A stretch of DNA of 64,000 bases from Mobula hypostoma (lineage: Eukaryota). Each line of letters starts with the position of its first letter. Within the stretch, counting starts at the first letter, position 1. The DNA lies in contig NC_086097.1 of assembly GCF_963921235.1 (NCBI RefSeq), positions 65,660,001 to 65,724,000 on the forward strand, written 5' to 3'. A program made the position numbers and the translations under genes. Under the pieces are notes generated by a model that saw only the letters and a program-made list of their open reading frames with translations, ran no database searches and was not told where the DNA came from. Of the stretch, positions 12,801-24,084 are shown piece after piece.

Positions 12801-14539
12801 CTCTGTAGACTCCGTAGACAATCTCTCCATGTCTTCCTCCTTTTCTGCAGCCATGACACTACCTCTGATCAACAGTGCCATGCCCCCTCCTTCCCTATCC
12901 TTTCCAAAATATCTAAAGCTTGGCACTTGAAGTAACTATTCCTGCCCCTGAGCCATCCAAGTCTCTGTAATGGCAACAACATCATAGCCCCAAGTACTGA
13001 TCTGTGCTCTAAGCACATCCGCTTTGTTTATAATACTCCTTGCATTAAAATAGACACATCTCAAATCATTGGTCTGTGTGTGTCCCTTCTCTTTCGCCTG
13101 CCTATCCTCCCTCTCGCACTGTCTCCAAGCTTTCTCTATTTGTGAGCCAACTGCCTCTTCCTCCATCTCTTCAGTTTGGTTTCCACCCCCCCAGCAATTC
13201 CAGCTTAAGCTCTCTGCAATAGCCTTTGCAAACCTCCCCACCAGGATATTGGTCCCCCTGGGATTCAAGTGCAATCCGTCCTTTTTGTACAGGTCACACT
13301 TGCCCCAAGAGAGGTCCCAATGATCCAGAAATCTGAATCCTTGCCCCCTGCTCCAATCCCTCAGCCACACATTTATCCTCCACCTCACTCTATTCCTATA
13401 CTCACTGTCACGTGGCACAGGCAGTAATCCTGAGAATACTCCCTTTGAGGTCCTGCTTCTCAACTTCCTGCCTAACTCCCTGTAGTCTGTTTTCAGGACC
13501 TCCTCTCTTTTCTTCCCTATGTCATTGGTACCAGTATGTACCACGACCTACGGCTGTTCTCCTTCCCACTTCAAGATATCATGGACGTGATCGGAAACAT
13601 CCCAGACCCTGGCATCTGGGAGGCAAACTACCATCTGTGTTTCTTTCCTGCATCCACAGAATCAATCGCCTGTCTGACCCCCTAACTATAGAGTCCCCTC
13701 TCGGTGCTGCCATCCTCTTCCCTTCCCTGCCTTTCTGAGCCATAGGGCCAGACTCTGTGCCAGGTAGGCCATCACCCATCACCACCCCCCCCCAAACAGT
13801 ACTCAAACAGGAGTACTTATTGTTAAGGGGGACAGCCCAAGGGGTACTCTCTAGCATCTGACTCTTTCCCTTCCCTCTCCTGACTTATCTGTCTCCCAAG
13901 GTCCCGGTGTGACTACCTGCCTATTACTCCTCTCTATCACTTCCTCACTCTCCCTGTCCAGACGAAGGTCATTGAGCTGCATCTCCAGTTCCGTAACGCG
14001 GTCCCTAAGAAGCTGCAGCTTGACGCACCTGGCGCAGATGTGGCCACCCGGGAGGCTGGGAGTCTCCAGGACTTCCCACATCTGACATCTAGCACAGAAC
14101 ACCTGGTTCACACACATACCTCCTGTCTGTATTCTACACAGGCAACCTACCTCGCCTTGACCCGTTATCGCTGAAGCCCTGTTGAACCAAGCCTTCCTAC
14201 TCTGTCTCCTTCTACTCTGCCGCCCGCTCCCCTGGCGCCTGCTCTATAAAGCTGTTTTCTTTTAAACTTTTCTTGCTGTTCTAACTGGCTGATGTCAATG
14301 CGCCTGCACAGTTGTGCCTCAATCAAACCGCTGAAGAAATAAGAAATAATTTATCTACTGATATCTTTTATAAACTCACTGATTCTCACTACCACCTGGA
14401 CAATACTCTTCCCAGTCTCACTTGTAAAAAAAAAGTTATCCCCTTCTTTCAGTTCCTCTGTCTCCGCCACATCTGCTGTCAAGGTTCGGCTTTTCATTCC
14501 AGAAATTGTGAAATGTCCTCCTTCAAATAAAGGGGCTTT

Positions 14540-14810
14540 CAGAATCAGAATCAGGTTTATTATCACCAGCATGTGACGTGAAATTTGTTAACTTAGCAGC
14601 AGCAGTTCAATGCAATATATAATCTAGCAGAGAGAGAAAAACAATAATAATAAATAAAATAAAAATATTAAAACAAGTAAATTAATTATGAATATTGAAT
14701 AGATTTTTAAAATGTGCAAAAATAGAAGTACTGTATATTTTTTAAAAAGTGCGGTAGTGTCCAAAGATTCAATGTCCATTTAGGAATCGGATAGGAGAGG
14801 GGAAGAAGCT
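14540..14810 (-). mobile_element. Rex1/Babar 3' UTR fragment
   Basis: Reverse complement of the 3' end at 24750-24985, with AATAAA and a (CTGATT)n tail. Confidence 0.75.
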
Positions 14811-16275
14811 ACATAAGAAATAGGAGCAGGAATAAGCCATCCGGCCCATCGAGCCTGCCCCGCCATTCAATAAGATCATGGTTGATCTGTCCGTAACTCA
14901 GCTCCATCTACTTGCCTTTTCCCCCATAACCCTTAATTCCCCTACTATGTAAAAATCTATCTAACTGTATCTTAAATATATTTAGTCAAGAAACCTCAAC
15001 TGCTTCCCTGGGCAGAGAATTCCACAGATTCACCACTCCCTGGGAAAAACTGTTTCTCCTCATCTCTGTCCTAAATCTTCTCCCCTGAATCTTGAGGCAA
15101 TATCCCCCCAGTTCTAGTCTCACCTACCAATGGAAACAACTTTCCTACTTCTATCTTATCTATCCCTTTCAAAATTTTGTATGTTTCTGTAAGATCCCCT
15201 CTCATTCTTCTGAATTCCAGAGAGAGTAGTCCCAGGCAACTCCATCTCTCCTCATAAGTTAACCCCTTCATCTCTGGAATCAACCTGGCGAACTTCCTCT
15301 GCACTGCCTCCAAAGCCAGTATATCCTTCCTCAAGTATGGAGACCAGAACTGCACACACTGCTCCAAGTGCGGTCTCACCAGTACCCTGTATAGTTGCAG
15401 CATGACCTCCCTGCTCTTGAATTCAGTCCCTGCAGCAATGAAGGCCAACATTCCGTTTGCCTTCTTAATAACCTGTTGTACCTGCAAGCCAGCTTTTTGC
15501 AATTCATGCACAAGCACTCCCAAGTCCCTCTGAATAACAGCATGCTGCAGTCTTTCACCATTTAAATAATAATCTGCTCTTTTATTATTCCTTCAGAAGT
15601 GCATGATCTCACATTTACCAAAGTTGTATTCCATCTGCCAGACCTTGGCCCACTCAACCTATCTATATCCCTCTGTAGACTCTCCACATCCTCTGTACAA
15701 TTTGCTTTTCCACTCAGTTTAATGTCATCAGCAAATTTTTCTATGCTACGCTCAGTCCCCTCTTCCAAATCATCAATGTAAATGGTAAACAGCTACGGGC
15801 ACAGCACCGACCCCTGCGGCACCTCACTCACCACAGACTGCCAACTGGAGAAACACCCATTTATACCAACTCTCTGCCTTCTATCGGTTAATCAATCCAC
15901 TTTCCATGCCAATACACTTCCTCTGACTCCATGCATCAATACCTTATTTATTAGTCTCTTGTGCAGCACCTTATCGAAAGCCTTCTGGAAATCCAAGATT
16001 ATGACATACACCTGTTCCCCTCTATCCACTGCACACATTATGTCCTCAAAGAACTCCAGTAAGTTTGTCAAACAGGACCTGCCCTTTCTGAATCCATGCT
16101 GCGTCTGTCTAATGGAACCACTCCTTTCTAAATGTTTCGCTATTTCTTCCTTAATGACATCTTCAAGCATTTTCCCATCTACAGATGTTAAGCTAACTGG
16201 CCTATAGTTGCCCGTCTTTTGCCTACATCCTTTTTTAAAAAGTGGCGTGACACTTGCTGTCTTCCAATCTGCCAT
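14811..16275 (-). mobile_element. CR1 LINE RT and 3' end, frameshifted
   Basis: ORFs 15892..16275, 15562..15768 (KFADD) and 15071..15523. Confidence 0.9.
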
Positions 16276-16325
16276 GCTGGTATAGGTGCCATTCTGGTAG
16301 ATCTATCTGGGTAAAACCTCTGTGT

Positions 16326-16553
16326 AACACACATCAAAATTGCTGGTGAACGCAGCAGGCCAGGCAGCATCTCTAGGAAGAGGTGCAGTCGACGTTTCAG
16401 GCTGAGACCCTTCATCAGGACGAAGGGTCTCAGCCTAAAACGTCGACTGCACCTCTTCCTAGAGATGCTGCCTGGCCTGCTTCTTTCACCAGCAACTTTG
16501 ATGTGTGTTGCTTGAATTTCCAGCATCTGCAGAATTCCTCGTGTTTGCATTTT
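16326..16553. repeat. Fold-back of a PLE terminal repeat centred on a hammerhead motif
   Basis: Arms 16326-16413 and 16422-16509 are near-perfect reverse complements around an 8-nt loop. Confidence 0.9.
16385..16421 (-). ncRNA. Minimal type I hammerhead ribozyme motif
   Basis: The minus strand reads GTC-CTGATGA-AGGgtctcagCCT-GAAACGTC-GAC, with the catalytic core, stem II and a short stem I intact. Confidence 0.75.
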
Positions 16554-16568
16554 AAAAAAAATCCTCTC

Positions 16569-17238
16569 TGTGTTGCCCTTAAGGCATTTATTTGACTTTG
16601 TTGGGTCTACGTTTTAAATGATTTGTTTGTAACTATTTTCTAGTTAAAGTTAAAGGTTGATAATTAAGTTACAGTATAACAAAGGTAAATTCATTGTCTA
16701 TGGTATATCGCGGCATGTGATGACGTCACCTCCGGTTTCGCCGTGTCTTATATGTAACCTCCAGTTCGGAGAAGGTGCGAAGGTGAGTGCCATGCGTGCA
16801 GCGTGATCGTGAAGAGCTCTGTTTCTACCCACAAAGAAACATTATAGAAGCAACGCCGTAAGTTCATAAGAATGTATTTGAAGTAAAAATATTAACGCAG
16901 TTTCTGTTAAGGAAGCGGCAGTTGGGGTGGTGCGCGTGCCGGCTTTTCAATTTCAAACATGGGGTCGGCTCGAGCCTGATGGCAGTTTGACGCGACCCCC
17001 TCGCTCCCTACTCGGGGCAGCTGGAGACACTCGCTAAAAGAAGAGAGCGCACGTGATCTCCAGAATGAAACAGACGCTGTATATGTTTGTATTTTTTTAT
17101 CAAAAGTTTTCACCATACGATGTTAATATAGAAAAGTGAACAGTAAAATGGTTAACCTTACTATGACTCTGTCTTCATTGGTTCCGGTTTAACTTGGTGT
17201 TTAGTCAGAGTTTCAACACACTGCACGAGAACACTACA
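16569..17238 (+). repeat. 5' LTR of the BEL/Pao element
   Basis: Direct repeat of 22090-22736. Starts TGTGTTGCCC and ends ACTACA. Confidence 0.9.
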
Positions 17239-17279
17239 GTGAAAAGGTGTAATCATTAGATGTTTCGACAAGTGGTATG

Positions 17280-20200
17280 ATGGCTTCGTGATCAAGCATC
17301 AAGTCGCTTGCACTCAGCGCCAAGAGCAGTAGGACGTCGACAAGTATGGCTGCCCTCACAAGAGCTAAAGCAGAAGCCGCCAAGGTGCGAGCGTCATACG
17401 CTAACCAAGAAGCAAAACTGAAAATGGAAAAGGCTGCCAGAGAAACAGAAAACCATTGGAAAAGGCAAGGATAGATACACAGTTAGAAGTGCTGATGCTA
17501 CAACGAGAAGCTGATGCGGCCATGGTAGAAGCACAAGTGTTGGAAAATGCTGAAGAAATGCACGATCCAGACGAAACAGGAAAATCTATGTCAGAAAGGG
17601 CCAAACTGGAATGCACCAACGAATATGTCCAATCTCAAATTGACCTGCAGATTCATTCTCCCTCTCCATACTTACCTGTTGGCATCCCATCTCGTGAAAT
17701 CACAGGGAAGCTTCGTTGCATCACGTCCACCTGGGGAAGACAACTCACAATTGCAACTTGCCACAAACTCAAGTATGAAAGGGCTGGCTACGAGGACTTC
17801 CCGACACCAAACTTACCAGATCTGGCAAGATCAGAGACAAAGGCTGAAGTCAGAACATCAAATCACATCATGAACGTACACGTTCAGTCATATGTTCCCT
17901 AACATATTCCCCCAGCTAGCACACCACCTGCAGCAGAACCCTTGGCACAGTTTTTAGCGCGACGAGACCTCATCAATTCAGGACTGTACCAGTTTGACGA
18001 TAAGCCTGAAAATTACCATGCGTGGTACTCCTCATTCACCAGTGCCACCGGCGGAGTCCAGCTCACAACAACCCAAGAGTTGGACCTTATGACTAAATGG
18101 CTGGGAAAGGAATCAAGTGAACAGGTGAAATGCATACGCTCAGTGTACGTCAACAACCCCAATCTAGCCTAACACAAAACATGGGAGAGACTGCGAGACT
18201 GCTATGCGACCCCTGAAATTATTGAGAAGGCGCTATTTCAACGGCTGGACAATTTTCCTAGGGTTTCAGCCAAGGACCACTGTAGATTACGAGAACTCAG
18301 AGATTTACTCATGGAGATTCAAGGTGCTAAAGAAGACGGCTATTTAACTGGCCTGTTGTATCTGGATGCCTCACGTGGAGTTGGACCAATTGTGGACAAG
18401 CTTCCATTTGGGCTGCAGGAAAGATGGGTGTTTATTGGCTCAGAGTACAAGGAAGAGAATGGTGGTCGATTCCCTCCCTTTGAGTATTTTAGTAGGTTTG
18501 TGTGCAAGGAGGCGAAGAGGCGAAACGACCCTAGCTTCATGAATCAAGGCAGCACCACAACTCACACCAAGCCAGTCAAACCCATCAATAAACCCGGCTC
18601 AGTGCATAAAACTGAAGTCTTCACAATCAACAATGACCCCAGCAAGAATTGTCCATTGCACAACAAACCCCACCCCCTCAAAAAATGCAGAATGTTTCAA
18701 AACAAACCCTTTGACGAAAGAAAGGCCCTTCTCAAGGAAAAAAGAATATGTTTTAAGTGCTGTTCCTCTACCTCCCACCTCGCTAAAGTAGTCGGAATGT
18801 AACAGCACTAGTCACGATGGAGCCATGCATCCCAGCCCGTCACCGCAAACTGCCAAGGCTCCTCCACTTCCACAAGAGGATAGCGGGGAGGGAGAGGATC
18901 GCTCTGATACAACTATTGTCAGCTCAAGCTGCACAGAAGTTTGCGGTCCAGGTCAGTCGAGCCGTTCGTGCTCAAAGATCTGCCTCACTATGGTATACCC
19001 TAAGGGAGCCAAAGACAAGGCCATCAAAGCCTATGTAATCGTGTCTAACGGGCAGATCGTGTCTAACAAGCCTGATAGAGTTTTTTGAGGAGGTGACCAG
19101 GCATATAGATGAGGGTAGTGCAGTGGATGTGATCTATATAGATTTTAGTAAGGCATTTGACAAGGTTCCACACATTAGGCTTATTCAGAAAGTTAGAAGG
19201 CATTGGATCCAGGGAAGTTTGGCCAGGTGGATTCAGAATTGGATTGCCTGCAAAAGGCAGAGGGTGGTGGTGGAGGGAGTACATTCAGATTGGAGGATTG
19301 TCACTAGTGGTGTCCCACAAGGATCTGTTCTGGGACCTTTACTTTTCGTGATTTTTATTAACGATCTGGATGTGGGAGTAGAAGGGTGGGTTGGCAAGTT
19401 TGCAGATGAGAGAAAGGTTGGTGGTGTTGTAGATAGTGTAGAGGATTGTCGAAGATTGCAGAGAGACATTGATAGGATGCAGAAGTGGGCTGAGAAGTGG
19501 CAGATGGAGTTCAGCCCGGAGAAGTGTGAGGTGGTACACTTTGGAAGGACAAACTCCAAGGCAGAGTACAAAGTAAATGGCAGGATACTTGGTAGTGTGG
19601 AGGAGCAGAGGGATCTGGGGGTACATGTCCACAAATCCCTGAAAGTTGCCTCACAGGTAGATAGGGTAGTTAAGAATGCTTATGGGGTGTTAGCTTTCAT
19701 AAGTCAAGGGATAGAGTTTAAGAGTCGTGATGTAATGATGCAGCTCTATCAAACTCTGGTTAGGCCACACTTGGAGTACTGTGTCCAGTTCTGGTCACCT
19801 CACTATAGGAAGGATGTGGAAGCATTGGAAAGGGTACAGAGGAGATTTACCAGGATGCTGCCTGGTTTAGAAAGTATGCATTATGATCAGAGATTAAGGG
19901 AGCTAGGGCTTTACTCTTTGGAGAGAAGGAGGATGAGAGAAGACACGATAGAGGTGTACAAGATAATAAGAGGAATAGATAGAGTGGATAGCCAGTACCT
20001 CTTCCCCAGGGCACCACTGCTCAATACAAGAGGACATGGCTTTAAGGTAAGGGGTGGGAAGTTCAAGGGGGATATTAGAGGAAGGTTTTCTACTCGGAGA
20101 GTGGTTGGTGTGTGGAATTCACTGCCTGAGTCAGTGGTGGAGGCAGATACACTAACAAAGTTTAAGAGATTACTAGACAGGTATATGGAGAAATTTAAGG

Positions 20201-21153
20201 TGGGTGCTTATATGGGAGGCAGGGTTTGAGGGTTGGCACAACATTGTGGCCCGAAGGGCCTGTACTGTGCTGTACTATTCTCTGTTCGATGTTCTATGTA
20301 ATTCTGGATGACCAGAGCAACCGCTCACTAGTGAGACCAGAGTTCTTCGAGTTGTTCAGCGTAAAGGGTAATCCATTCCCATACTACCTCAGAACTTGCT
20401 CTGGCATCGTGGAAACATATGGCAGGAAGGCAGAAGGCTTCCAGCTTGAGTCGCTGGATGGCAAAGTCGTCATCAGTCTCCCTCCACTCTTAAAGTGCAG
20501 TGAGATCTTAAATAACCGATCCGAGATTCAGATGCCAAGCGCAGTGCTACACCAGCCCCATCTCCACCACATTGCCAAGCACATCCCAGAACTGGATCCG
20601 GAAGCAGAAATACTCCTGATACTTTAAAGAGACGTTCTTAGGGTGCAAAAAATCAGGCAGCAGGTCAATGGACCACACAACTCCCCCTTCGCCCAACGTC
20701 TGGATCTGGGCTGGGTGGTGATAGGAGAGGTGTGCCCTGGCAACATACACAAATTGATAGTTAACACGCTCAAGACTAACGTGCCAGAAAGTGGCTGCCA
20801 TTTAATTTTTCAGCCCTCCACAAGTGTTGCATGTATCAAGGAAGCACAACAAAGGCACAAACATAGTAAAGTGACTGAGAAGACACTGGGACAGTCAGTC
20901 TTCGCTCAAACTAAGCATGATAATAAACTTGCTCCATCGGTGGAAGACGCCATCTTCTTAAAAATAATGGATACAAAAGTCTTTAGAGATGAAGCGAACA
21001 ACTGGGTCACCCCACTACCATTCAGAGTACCGTGCCAGCGCTTGCCAAACAACAAAGAGCAGGCAGTCAACTGGTTCACATCTTTACAACGAACCCTGAA
21101 AAGGAAACCTGAGACCAGCTACAGAGGTTGTTCTACTTCTACCTAAAGACTAA
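17280..21153 (+). pseudogene. BEL/Pao gag-protease polyprotein remnant
   Basis: FDDKPENYHAWYSSF (Pao gag), CPLHNKPHPLKKC and CFKCCSSTSH knuckles, protease and PFAQRLDLGWV, with multiple stops and frameshifts. Confidence 0.85.
19040..20293 (+). mobile_element. 5'-truncated CR1 inserted at the BEL protease
   Basis: ORF 19093..20229 is the C-terminal half of RT. A 9-bp TSD CTATGTAAT is at 19031-19039 and 20294-20302. Confidence 0.93.
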
Positions 21154-21181
21154 TCTAGAGAATAAAGTCCTATACCATGTT

Positions 21182-22046
21182 AAAAAACGCAAACAACAGG
21201 AATTCTGCAGATGCTGGAAATTCAAGCAACACATATTAAAGTTGCTGGTGAACGCAGCAGGCCAGGCAGCATCTCTAGGAAGAGGTACAGTCGACATTTC
21301 AGACCGAGACCCTTCGTCAGGACTAACTGAAGGAAGAGTTAGTAAGAGATTTGGAAGTGGGAGGGGGAGGGGGAGATCCAAAATGATAGGAGAAGACAGG
21401 AGGGGGAGGGATGGAGCCAAGAGCTGGACAGGTGATTGGCAAAGGGGATATGAGAGGATCATGGGACAGGAGGTCCGGGGAGAAAGACGGGGGGGGGTGG
21501 AACCCAGAGGATGGGCAAGGGGTATAGTCAGAGGGACAGAAGGAGAAAAAGGAGAGTGAGAGAAAGAATGTGTGTGTAAAAATAAATAACGGATGGGGTA
21601 CGAGGGGGAGATGGCATGAACATCGACTTCTCTAACTTCCACTAATGCCCCACCTCCCCCTTGTACCCCATCCGTTATTTATTTTTATACACACATTCTT
21701 TCCCTCACTCTCCTTTTTCTCCCTCTGTCCCTCTGACTATACTCCTTGCCCATCCTCTGGGTTTCCCCCCCCCGCCCCCTTTTCCTTCTCCCCGGGCCTC
21801 CTGTCCCATGATCCTCTCATATCCCCTTTGCCAATCACCTGCCCAGCTCTTGGCTCCATCCCTCCCCCTCCTGTCTTCTCCTATCATTTTGGATCTCCCC
21901 CTCCCCCTCCCACTTTCAAATCGCTTACTAGCTCTTCCTTCAGTTAGTCCTGACGAAGGGTCTCGGCCTGAAACGTCAACTGTACCTCTTCCTAGAGATG
22001 CTGCCTGGCCTGCTGCGTTCACCAGCAACTTTGATGTGTGTTGCTT
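21182..22046. mobile_element. Neptune-like PLE terminal unit made of two inverted pseudo-LTRs
   Basis: Arms about 21224-21610 and 21654-22046 are reverse complements. The spacer encodes the PLE ORF end (GMNIDFSNFH*). A 12-bp TSD CTATACCATGTT is at 21170-21181 and 22047-22058. Confidence 0.9.
21946..21982 (+). ncRNA. Minimal hammerhead ribozyme motif
   Basis: AGTC-CTGACGA-AGGgtctcggCCT-GAAACGTC-AACT. Confidence 0.7.
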
Positions 22047-22089
22047 CTATACCATGTTTATAGTGATCTTACAAAGGTCAGGCGGGGAC

Positions 22090-22736
22090 TGTGTTGCCCT
22101 TAAGGCATTTATTTGAATTTGTTGGAACTATGCTTTAAATGATTTGTTTGTAACTATTTTCTAGTTAAAGTTAAAGGTTGATAATTAAGTTACAGTTTAA
22201 CAAAGGTAAATTCATTGTCTATGGTATATTGCGGCATGTGATGACGACACCTCTGGTTTCGCCGTGTCTTATGTGTAACCTCCGATTTGAAGAAGGTGTG
22301 AAGGTGGTGCCATGCGTGCAGCATGATCGTGAAGAGCTCTGTTTCTACCCACAAAGAAACGTTATAGAAGCAACGCCGTAAGTTCATAAGAATGTATTTG
22401 AAGTAAAAATATTAACGCAGTTTCTGTTAAGGAAGCGACAGTTGGGACGGCGCGCGTGCCAGCTCGAGCCTGATGGCGGTCTGATGCGACCCCCCCCATG
22501 CCCGCTACTTGGGGCGGCTGGAGACACTCGCTAAAAGAAAAGAGAGCGCGCGTGGTCTCCAGAATGAAACAGACGCTGTATATGTTTGTATTTTTTTATC
22601 AACAGTTCTCACCGTACAATGTTAATGTGGAAGGGTGAACAGTAAACGGTTAACCTTACTACAACTCTGTCTTCATTGGTTCCGGTTTAACTTGGTGTTT
22701 AGTCAGAGTTTCAACACGCTGCACGAGAACACGACA
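22090..22736 (+). repeat. 3' LTR of the BEL/Pao element
   Basis: Direct repeat of 16569-17238, preceded by a purine-rich tract ending CAGGCGGGGA. Confidence 0.9.
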
Positions 22737-23181
22737 CTCTACCTGAGATATTCCCACACTACGCAAAATACAAAAGACAGGTACCAGTTAAACAGCACGT
22801 CATTAAAACCACAGAGTATGTATTCCACAATCTGCTACTTTTGAGTACCTGCATCAAACTTGCAAACTCATACACTAAAATGCAGCTCCCCGAACGAGTA
22901 TACACGCCCCTACTCTGGCGTCTTGAACCATACCGTCGGTTACCAACTTTCGCAACTGGTGGCTCCGTCTCACCAAGTTATCCCAGTTAACACGCAAAGT
23001 TTCCTCACTTACATAAACACACATGCACACGCACACACTACTTTTATATCTACCGCATTTGTGATACCTCGTGTTGCCTTGTACCACCGAGCGAACAGAT
23101 CCAAATGTGAGTGTTATTTTAGAAAAATACTCATCAACTTAGACTGCTAGGAACGCTGGCCACACGATGGGTCACGAAGGT

Positions 23182-23199
23182 ATCCCACTCCTGACACCA
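23182..23199 (-). promoter_or_regulatory. Primer-binding site complementary to the tRNA-Leu(CAG) 3' end
   Basis: TGGTGTCAGGAGTGGGAT matches the vertebrate tRNA-Leu(CAG) 3' end ATCCCACTCCTGACA-CCA as recalled. Confidence 0.85.
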
Positions 23200-23560
23200 A
23201 ATGTTGTGGCGTGAATGAAATCACCAGAGAGAGTGTGTTACTGGTGGATACAAAGCAGCTTCTTTATTCGACAAAACAAGGTTCAGCAGGCATCATATGG
23301 ACGGAGACGCTTTCGGTGGAAAGGTCTGCTGCCCAAAGTGGGGCTCGATATTTGCCACACACACAAAGGACGATTCCATATTTACAAAGTATAGATAATG
23401 TTATCTTTGAAACTACATCTTAAACTTAACACCTGATTACATCCATCCAACAGACACCAGCAGGTCTGGGCTGGTATTCACAGTTGTTAGGAAATGCATT
23501 CTTACAAATGGACTCAGATTCTGATATTCACAGCTTTTAGGAAATGCAAAGTTACAGAAG

Positions 23561-23870
23561 CATTGGCGCGTGGCCAAGTGGTTAAGGCATTCGTCTAGTG
23601 ATTTGAAGGTCGCTAGTTCGAGTCTTGGCTGAGGCAGCATGTGTGTCCTTGAGCAAGGCACTTAACCACAAATTACTCTGCGATGACACCGGTGCTAAGC
23701 TGTATGGGTCCTTATGCCCTTCCCTTGGACAACATCGGTGGCGTGGAGAGGGGAAACTTGCAGCATGGGCAACTGCTGGTCTTCCATACAACTTTGCCCA
23801 GGCCTGTGCCCTGGAAACCTTCCAAGGCGCAAAACCATGGTCTCATGAGACTAACGGATGCCTATATACT
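23561..23870 (+). mobile_element. tRNA-derived SINE
   Basis: A box TGGCCAAGTGG (23571), B box GTTCGAGTC (23616), CORE-like GTGTCCTTGAGCAAGGCACTTAAC, and a 10-bp TSD GTTACAGAAG at 23551-23560 and 23871-23880. Confidence 0.88.
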
Positions 23871-24084
23871 GTTACAGAAGACTGGTGGCCAAACCCATTT
23901 GCTAAGTGTGAATGACCTAAACCCACAAATTACTCTAACAGTGACACAGTATGTTAGCGTCTTTTAACAGGACTTATTAGCAAGTGAGAATAAAAACAAA
24001 TAAAGCAATAGCAAGCGAAGTGGCCATTATCGGAGTGGTGAGGCTTTGGTGAGATCAGGCTTGAGTGAGGTAAGTATCTGTTAA

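Larger units (their letters stand above)
6365..14347 (-). mobile_element. Near full-length, internally deleted CR1 LINE hosting nested insertions
   Basis: ORF1 Cys/His finger (13851..14117), SGNH esterase (GDSIVRG, HTGTNDI, DGLHLN; 12936..13700), APE and RT fragments (8695..9057, 7916..8464, 7240..7527), and a CR1 3' end near 6365. Confidence 0.85.
16569..22736 (+). mobile_element. BEL/Pao LTR retrotransposon with two LTRs, internally deleted
   Basis: TG..CA LTRs at 16569-17238 and 22090-22736, flanks CTCTC/CTCTA, a purine-rich tract at about 22072-22088, gag with Cys/His knuckles, and protease YVILDDQSNRS. Confidence 0.9.
22742..23940 (-). mobile_element. 5' LTR, PBS and leader of a truncated Gypsy- or ERV-type LTR element
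   Basis: On the minus strand the segment runs TGTTAG (23940) to ACAACA (23202) with an AATAAA near 23263-23268. After a 2-nt spacer comes a tRNA-Leu PBS. Confidence 0.7.

Noticed and set aside
12936..13544. Host SGNH esterase gene
   Set aside because: It is the known esterase domain of CR1 ORF1, repeated in several CR1 copies here.
21128..22116. Paired similar ORFs (21139..21642 minus and 21661..22116 plus, and others) as a duplicated gene
   Set aside because: They are translations of the two arms of a non-coding PLE inverted repeat.
23182..23199. tRNA-Leu gene
   Set aside because: Only the 3' 18 nt including CCA match, next to an LTR end, so this is a PBS.
23565..23635. tRNA gene
   Set aside because: The A and B boxes belong to a TSD-flanked SINE and there is no convincing cloverleaf.
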